DNA of 32,000 nucleotides from Mycoplasma mycoides subsp. capri (GTDB lineage Bacteria; Bacillota_I; Bacilli_A; Mycoplasmatales; Mycoplasmataceae): NCBI RefSeq assembly GCF_018389705.1, contig NZ_CP065581.1, positions 90,001 to 122,000 of the forward strand, read 5' to 3'. Shown piece by piece: positions 22,258 to 29,123 of this stretch (position 1 is its first letter; each line of letters starts with the position of its first letter). The notes under the pieces were generated by a model. It saw only the letters and a program-made list of their open reading frames with translations, ran no database searches and was not told where the DNA came from. The position numbers and the translations under genes were made by a program.

Positions 22258-22510
22258 TTTTATAAATTACTAATTTTTTTACTTTACTATAGATTTGTAA
22301 TTAATATTTCAATTGGTTTTATTAATAGAATTAATACTTTATACTATTATCTAATATTACAATTAATCATATATCAATTATTATAGGTGAAATATATTAT
22401 TTTAAATGACATTAGCAAACATATTATTGATATAAGAGAAAAGTAACTCAAATTTAAATTATTAATCCAAAGTATTTAGTTACAAGTAATTATTATTTTC
22501 TTGATTTTTT

Positions 22511-24694
22511 TTATTTAAGTTTATTAAATTCTTTAAGAGCCTCTTGTCATTTATGAAGTCTTAATTGATATCTTCAAAGATTTTCACTATGTTGATTTTT
22601 TTCTAATGCTTCTAAGTTTTTACTTATATTTTCATTTATTGTTTTATTAGCAAAAGTTCTATGATATGGATTTCTCTTTAATATTTTAAATAATGCTGAT
22701 ATTTCTGCATCTAATTTCTTGTTTTCATCTTCTCATTTTTTAAACTCAGATCTTATTACTTCATCTAATCTTTCAATTTCAGCATTAAATTCAATACTAA
22801 ACTCTTCAGCTTCTTCTTTATCAAGTTGCTTATCAACTTCTTTTTTAGCTTGATTAATTTCATCTTCTCATTTTTTAAACTCAGATCTTATTACTTCATC
22901 TAATCTTTCAATTTCAGCATTAAATTCAATACTAAACTCTTCAGCTTCTTCTTTATCTACTTTAGCATCAATTTCTTTTTTAACATCTTTAATTTCTTCA
23001 GTTCATTTTTTAAACTCAGCTTTTAATGCTTCTTCTAGTTTGTCAATTTCAGTGTTAAATTCTTTGATTTCTTCATTATCAACTAGTTGATTGATTTGAT
23101 CTTTAATTCTTGATTCTCAAAGACTTAACTCATTTGTTAAAGCTTCTTCTAGTTTTTCAATTTCAGCATTAAATTCAATACTAAACTCTTCAGCTTCTTC
23201 TTTATCTACTCTAGCATCAATTTCTTTTTTAACATCTTTAATTTCTTCAGTTCATTTTTTAAACTCAGCTATTAATGCTTCTTCTAGTTTGTCAATTTCA
23301 GTGTTAAATTCTTTGATTTCTTCATTATCAACTAGTTGATTGATTTGATCTTTAATTCTTGATTCTCAAACATTGATTTCGTTTCTTAAAGCATCTTCTA
23401 GTTTAGAAAACTCAATGCTAAATTCTGTACTATATTCTTTATCAAGTTTTTTATCAATTTCTTTTTTAATTTTGTCTGTTTCTTCAGTTCATTTTTTAAA
23501 CTCAGCTTTTAATGCATCATCTAATCTATTGATTTCTTCATTAAATTCTTTACTGAAATCTTCAGCTTCATCTTTTTCAACCAGTTTATCAATTTCATTT
23601 TTAATTCTTGATTCTCAAAGACTTAACTCATTTGTTAAAGCTTCTTCTAGTTTTTCAATTTCAGCATTAAATTCAATACTAAACTCTTCAGCTTCTTCTT
23701 TATCTACTTTAGCATCAATTTCTTTTTTAACATCTTTAATTTGTTCAGTTCATTTTTTAAACTCAGCTTTTAATGCTTCTTCTAGTTTGTCAATTTCAGT
23801 GTTAAATTCTTTGATTTCTTCATTATCAACTAGTTGATTGATTTGATCTTTAATTCTTGATTCTCAAACATTGATTTCGTTTCTTAAAGCATCTTCTAGT
23901 TTAGAAAACTCAATGCTAAATTCTGTACTATATTCTTTATCAAGTTTTTTATCAATTTCTTTTTTAATTTTGTCTGTTTCTTCAGTTCATTTTTTAAACT
24001 CAGCTTTTAATGCATCATCTAATCTATTGATTTCTTCATTAAATTCTTTACTGAAATCTTCAGCTTCATCTTTTTCAACCAGTTTATCAATTTCATTTTT
24101 AATTCTTGTTTCTCAAAGACTTAACTCATTTGTTAAAGCTTCTTCTAGTTTTTCAATTTCAGCATTAAATTCAATACTAAACTCTTCAGCTTCTTCTTTA
24201 TCTACTCTAGCATCAATTTCTTTTTTAACATCTTTAATTTCTTCAGTTCATTTTTTAAACTCAGCTATTAATGCTTCTTCTAGTTTGTCAATTTCAGAGA
24301 TTAAATCAAATTCTTCTTCTTTATCGATTTGACTATCAATTTCTTTTTTAATACTGTTTGGTTCAGCCCACTCTTTATTTTCTTTATCTGTGTTTGGTGT
24401 TAGTCCTCTTAACTCATAGATAAAATTACTTACAGCTTGTTTTCTAATTTCTTCAATTTGATGATTTTGTATATCTGCCCCAGCTATACTATCTTTAAAG
24501 ATATCACTTCATAAGTGGTGAGTAATTGTGTTTACTGGTTTGTTTATTGGTTTTGTAGGTTCTTCTATTTTATTTGTTGGATTCTTGCTATCAATTTTTA
24601 TTGGTTTAGTATTAGGAGTCTTACATGCAACTACTAAAGATGCACCAATCGAACTAATAACAAGAGTTCCCAAAATTCCTAATAATTTTTTCAT
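22511..24694 (-). CDS. Repeat-built surface lipoprotein L6 (727 aa)
   Basis: ATG at 24692-24694 and TAA at 22511-22513, in the same frame as fragment 24509..24694. The N-terminus reads MKKLLGILGTLVISSIGASLVVAC-K. The body consists of helical modules of about 41-45 aa, each opening with a TGA-encoded Trp (W-TEEIKDVKKEIDA.VDKEEAEEFSIEFNAEIEKLEEAL...). That spacing explains why no ORF appears in the standard-code track. Confidence 0.8.
22726..22995 (-). repeat. 135-bp (45-codon) tandem duplication inside L6
   Basis: The string tcttctcattttttaaactcagatcttattacttcatctaatctttcaatttcagcattaaattcaatactaaactcttcagcttcttctttatc occurs twice. The marker TGA codons lie at 22733-22735 and 22868-22870, an offset of 135 nt. 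Confidence 0.8.
22958..24300 (-). repeat. 249/498-bp in-frame tandem repeat block inside L6
   Basis: The marker 'tac' of the unit start lies at 22958, 23207, 23705 and 24203, giving spacings of 249, 498 and 498 nt. Units 23207..23704 and 23705..24202 differ by only a handful of substitutions. The two near-identical antisense artefact ORFs in the track (23373..23837 and 23871..24332) show the same 498-nt offset. Confidence 0.9.
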
Positions 24695-24755
24695 ATATTG
24701 CGCCTCTATATATAATTTAAAAAATAGATTCCACTATTAGTATTTCTATGTTATA

Positions 24756-24850
24756 ATTATATAATTGCCAAATTAGCAAAATTGACTTTCTAAAAAAAAA
24801 AAAAAAAAGGCAAACAGACCTAGTACGCATCGTACTTTTGTGTTGTTTGC
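24756..24850 (-). promoter_or_regulatory. L6 5' cassette: hairpin, T17 tract and TATAAT. It probably also acts as the terminator for L7.
   Basis: The plus strand carries A17 at 24792-24808. The hairpin spans 24809-24850 (GGCAAACAGACC-TAGTACGCATCGTAC-TTTTGTGTTGTTTGC, with inner stem AGTAC/GTACT). TATAAT on the minus strand lies at 24756-24761, 31 nt after the tract. The ATG is 97 nt after the tract. The ribosome-binding site here is AGAGG rather than AGGTG. Confidence 0.6.
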
Positions 24851-24928
24851 TTATATTATGTTTATTCAATTATATTAACTTTAATCTTAAATTTATAAAT
24901 TATAGGTGTGATTTTTATTTTATTAAGA

Positions 24929-27370
24929 CTATTTTTGGTTTAACAATTTGATAGATTCTTTTAATTTAGCTATAGCTTTTTCTATTTCTTTAATTTTTTC
25001 ATCTTCTTTTGATTCTAAACTATGAGCTTGTTTTTCTAATTTTAGTAATTCATCTTCATATTGTTGTTTAGATTCTAAAATGATTTTATTAGTTGAGTTT
25101 TCAAATTCTTTAATAGAATTTAAAATTTCTTCTTTTTGTTTTTCTAAACTTAATTGATCAGAAGTATATTGATCAATTTGCGCAATTATTTGTTTTTGAA
25201 GTTCACTATTTGAAGTTATTTCTTCTTCTAAAGTTTTTAGATTATTTGTATATAATTCTATATTTTTATTAGTTTTTACAACTTCAGGATTGATATCAGA
25301 TAGTTGTTTATCAATTTTGTTTTTTTCTGCATTAAGTGGTTCTAAAGATTTTGTCATTTCTGAAACTTCAGCTTGTATTTTTGTATTTTGCTCTTTTAAT
25401 TGCTTAATTTTTTCTATATTTTGTTGTTTTGTTGTTTGTAGTTCTTTTTCTAGGTTTTTTATAATGTTAGGAACTTCTTTTTTTAGTTCATTGTTTCCAT
25501 AAATATAGTTTTTCAATCTAGCTATTTTATTGTGATTAAATCCAGTTCATAAAGTTCAATCACCATAATCATAGAATCATAAATCAGAATCATAAGTTTC
25601 TTTTTTTAGATCATCTATAATTTTTTCATACAATTTATTCTCATCATCTAATTGTTTTATAATAACTTTTTCTTCACTAAGTTCTTTATCTAATTCTTTT
25701 TCTATATCTAAAAGTTTTTTTTCTTTATTGTTATTATCTGTTATTAATTTATTTTTAGATTCAATTTGTTTATTAATTGAATCTATTTGACGTTCTAGAT
25801 CTTTAGCTTGGTCTAAAACTTTATTATGTTCTACTTGTTTATCTTGATTTTCTTTAAGAAGTAATTTAGCCTCTTCTAATAATTCAGTAGAATCCTTAAT
25901 TTCTTCTTTTATTTTTTCTTTTTGATCTTTAAGTTTAGGTAATTCTAGTGTTATTTTATCTAGTTTTGTTTCATTTTCAGTTTTTCTATTTTCTAGACTT
26001 TGTTTTCCAGTTTCATACTCTTTTTTAAGTGTTACAAGATTATTAGTTGCTAGTTCTTCTAGTTCTTTTTCTTTATTGTTATATTCTTTTTCTATTCTAG
26101 TTCTTTCTAAAATGTGAGTATTTACTTCTTCATTTAATTTAGCTAACTTAGTTTCAAGATTATGTTTATATTCATTAACTAGATTATATTTATCATTAAA
26201 TAGTTTTTCAGCTGCTTTTGCTGATTCTTTAGCATGAGTATCACCATGTTTTTTGTATCTTTCAACTGCTTGTTTTACTAAATCACTAAATTCATCACTA
26301 AATAATTCAATTGTTGCTTTTGCTGATTCTTTAGCATGAGTATCACCATGATGTTTGTATCTTTCAACAGCCTCTTTTACTTTATTTGAAAACTCATCGC
26401 TAAAGATTTCTTCAGTAATTTTTGCCGATTCTCTAGCATGAGTATCTCCATGATGTTTGTATCTTTCAACAGCCTCTTTTACTAAATCACTAAATTCATC
26501 ACTAAATAATTCTTTAGCAGTTTGACTTGCTTTAATTGCCATTAAATTAGCAAAATTATCTTTATAGTTTTTATCTAGTATTGCTTTAAGTTGATCTTCT
26601 TGTTTTTTGTTTTCAGCTTCAATTTGTTCTTTTGTTAGATAAAAGTTAATATCAGCTCCAGTAGGACTATCTCTAAAGATTCGATCATATTCTATTTTAA
26701 TTAGATAATCAAAAAGTGCTTGGTTTTCTCTTTTATTTTTATCTAAGTATTCTTTAACTCAATCTTCTAATCTTTTTTCTTCTTTTTCAATTTGTTTTTT
26801 AGTTGGGTTTAGATTAATATCAGCTCCAGTAGCACTATCATTATAAACGCTGTATCAAGTAGTAGTTGATTCACCTGGTTTAGTTTCAGGTTTGTTTGTT
26901 GGAATAGATGGTTGAAGTGGAGTTAAAGGTCTTGAATCATTTCTATTATCATCAGGTTTATGTGATGGAGTATTTGGTTTGTCTGGTTTTTTTGGAGTAG
27001 TTGATTCGTTTGGTTTAATTTCATTATTAGGTTTAAATGGACTACCATATATAAAACTTGAATTATGAATTGTTCCAACTCATGGACTTGGATTACCACT
27101 TACAAAATGTCTATTAAAAATAGTATGTGGATAAGTTTTTGAATCATAATTGTTGGTTGGTTTTTTATTATCATCAGGTTTTTTATCTTCACTTGGAGTT
27201 TTTTCTTCATCTGTTTTATCAGGTTTTTTAGAACCACCACCATTAGATGGATTTTCATCTTTGTCTTTATTTGTAGGTTGTTTAGTACTTGGAGTTTTAC
27301 ATGCAATAACTAATGCAGCCCCGCTTGTACTAATCATTATTGACCCTAATATTGTTAGTAATTTTTTCAT
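24929..27370 (-). CDS. Modular coiled-coil surface lipoprotein L7 (813 aa) with a His-rich triple repeat
   Basis: Fragments 27080..27370, 25577..26542 and 24929..25516 are in one frame (codon starts = 2 mod 3). I hand-translated 27002-27082 across the TGA. The N-terminus reads MKKLLTILGSIMISTSGAALVIAC-K, followed by a long Pro/Lys/Asn-rich linker, two DSxTGADIN modules, a 3 x 34-aa HHGDTHA repeat and a coiled coil. TAG lies at 24929-24931. Confidence 0.85.
26190..26530 (-). repeat. 3 x 102-bp (34-codon) tandem repeat in L7
   Basis: The marker 'gctgattc/gccgattc' starts at 26220, 26322 and 26424, a spacing of 102 nt. It encodes ELFSDEFS(D/N)(L/K)VK(E/Q)AVERYK(H/K)HGDTHA(R/K)ESAK.... Confidence 0.85.
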
Positions 27371-27429
27371 ATATTCACACCTATATAATTAAAAAATAAA
27401 TACTTTTATCTTAGTATTTGTATGTTAAA

Positions 27430-27523
27430 ATTATATATTTGCTAATTTAACAAAAGATCCTTTGTAAAAAAAAAAAAAAAAGCAAACAAACCTAGTACAC
27501 ATCGTACTTTTAGTTGGCTATGC
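27430..27523 (-). promoter_or_regulatory. L7 5' cassette: hairpin, T16 tract and TATAAT. It probably also acts as the terminator for the upstream membrane-protein gene.
   Basis: The plus strand carries A16 at 27466-27481. The hairpin spans 27482-27523 (GCAAACAAACC-TAGTACACATCGTAC-TTTTAGTTGGCTATGC) and starts 15 nt after the stop at 27539. TATAAT on the minus strand lies at 27430-27435, 31 nt after the tract. The ATG is 95 nt after the tract. Confidence 0.6.
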
Positions 27524-27538
27524 TTTTTAATTAAAAAG

Positions 27539-28309
27539 TTATTTTGTAATAATTTCTTTTGTTTTATTTATATTTTTACTAACAGTTATTCTTTTATAAA
27601 TAAATTTATTAGAATAATAAGTTAATATATAACCACCAATAAACACACTAAATATACCTATATTTACAAAAATATATTTAATAACACCTATATTATATGG
27701 AGAAATAAATGAATAAGGTATTTTATTAATTCAGATTTTATCATCTAAACTAATTCCAGGTAATAATCTTAATAACAATCATAAAGAATAAAAACATAAA
27801 ATGCTAAAAGTTTGTAAACATCCTAATCATAATTGTTTTTTAGTTTTTTGATCATTTAAAGGAAATAAACTAAAATAAGTAATTCAAGTTATAGGAATAA
27901 AAACATGAATTGCTAAAGCTCTATATAAAGTTGGAAAATCTTTATCATCATTAATAATAGCCTGACCCATAATAAATCCAGCTATATATAATAAAAAGAT
28001 AAATATTGATCATGAAGTAAAACTATATTCTGTATATTTATATAAATAAACTTGTTTACTTGTTAGCATTCTTGAAATTTTAAAACTACAAAAGATCATT
28101 ACAAATACTGCGTATCATTCACTTAAAAAAGTAATATCTTGTAAAAAAATAACATCTGCTGATAATGTTTTTTTATTATATAACCCAACTGATTTAGTAA
28201 TAAAATAAAGTACTAAACAAGAAATAGCAAAAAATAGTAATATTGATGAAATGATTAATTCTAATTTAAAACTTCTTTGTTGTCTAAATTGGTTAAATCG
28301 TTTTAGCAT
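27539..28309 (-). CDS. Polytopic membrane protein of unknown function (256 aa), paralogue of the next gene
   Basis: The start is the Met of MLKRFNQFRQQRSFK at 28307-28309, with GGAGG 5 nt upstream. The track fragment 28115..28330 is extended through about 6 TGA codons to TAA at 27539-27541. There are several hydrophobic segments. The motifs ALAIHVFIPITW and ISPYNIG are shared with the neighbouring gene. Confidence 0.7.
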
Positions 28310-29009
28310 CACAACCTCCATATTTATCATTAATTTTATTATTAATTAAAACTATTATTAAATAAGTTAAAAAATATAAAATAAATGAACTAAAAGACAA
28401 GCTCATAAAGATTGCTCATCCAATATTTGATGGTTGCAATGAAGTGTATAAAAACGGTTTGTTTATTAAATTAACTTGAACATTTGGAACTGTTCTATAA
28501 GTAATTCAACTTATATAACTCAAACCAACAGCTAAAATTCTTCACATTCCAACTAGCTTACTTTTTTTAGAAATTATCATATTAGTTCTAAAAAAGATTA
28601 AATACAATAACATACTAGTTGGTAGTAAAAAATGAACATTAACAACTCTTAATAAAGCAGATCAATTATTAATATTTGCTGTTTTATTAATAATTGAGAT
28701 TCCTATAAAAATTAGTCCAGTTGAAATTAACATACTAATAATAAATAGTTGTAGTAAATAAGCTTGATAAAGCTGTTTTTTAATAAAGCTATGATATAAA
28801 CAAATACCTGCATAAAATGTACTTATTCATAATCCTCAAATAGCAATTGAAGCTGAATCTAGAGCTAAAACTATATCTAAATTAGTTGGTTCATCAACAT
28901 AAACTACATTAAATGCGTGAGTTATTCAATATATAAAATTAGTTAGTAAATTTAAAAAAAGAATTACTGAATAAAATATAGTATCACTTTTAATCGTTCT
29001 TTTTTGCAT
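28293..29009 (-). CDS. Polytopic membrane protein of unknown function (238 aa), paralogue of the previous gene
   Basis: This gene is not in the ORF track because it contains many TGA codons. I translated it fully by hand. It runs from the ATG at 29007-29009 (AGAGG upstream) through MQKRTIKSDTIFYSVILFLNLLTNFIYW... to ...NDKYGGCDAKTI, with TAA at 28293-28295. It overlaps the start of the downstream gene by 17 nt. Confidence 0.65.
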
Positions 29010-29089
29010 TTTTTTAACCTCTAATCATAACAATATACTATCAAATATCTTTTAAAATATAGAACAGAATTAATTTTATCTTATAAATA

Positions 29090-29118
29090 GTAAAAAAGTG
29101 TTATAAATTTATAACACC
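29090..29118 (-). terminator. Rho-independent terminator after secA
   Basis: A perfect 20-nt palindrome GTGTTATAAATTTATAACAC lies at 29098-29117. On the minus strand it is followed by TTTTTT (plus-strand A6 at 29092-29097), and it starts 6 nt after the secA stop. Confidence 0.7.
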
Positions 29119-29123
29119 TTAGA

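Noticed and set aside
22726..24300. The regularly spaced repeats as a CRISPR array or other non-coding repeat array
   Set aside because: The periods (135, 249 and 498 bp) are multiples of 3. The repeats lie inside one open table-4 reading frame and have no unique spacers. They are coding tandem repeats.
15618..27481. Interpreting the poly(T) tracts as the -35/-10 spacer, as in the vlp and Vmm switches
   Set aside because: In all six cassettes the best -10-like hexamer lies 31-33 nt downstream of the tract, and the sequence directly after the tract (GTAAAG, GCAAAT, ACAAAG, AGAAAG) makes a poor -10. The spacer model is not supported by what I can see. I kept the upstream-element and terminator-tail model instead, pending start-site mapping.
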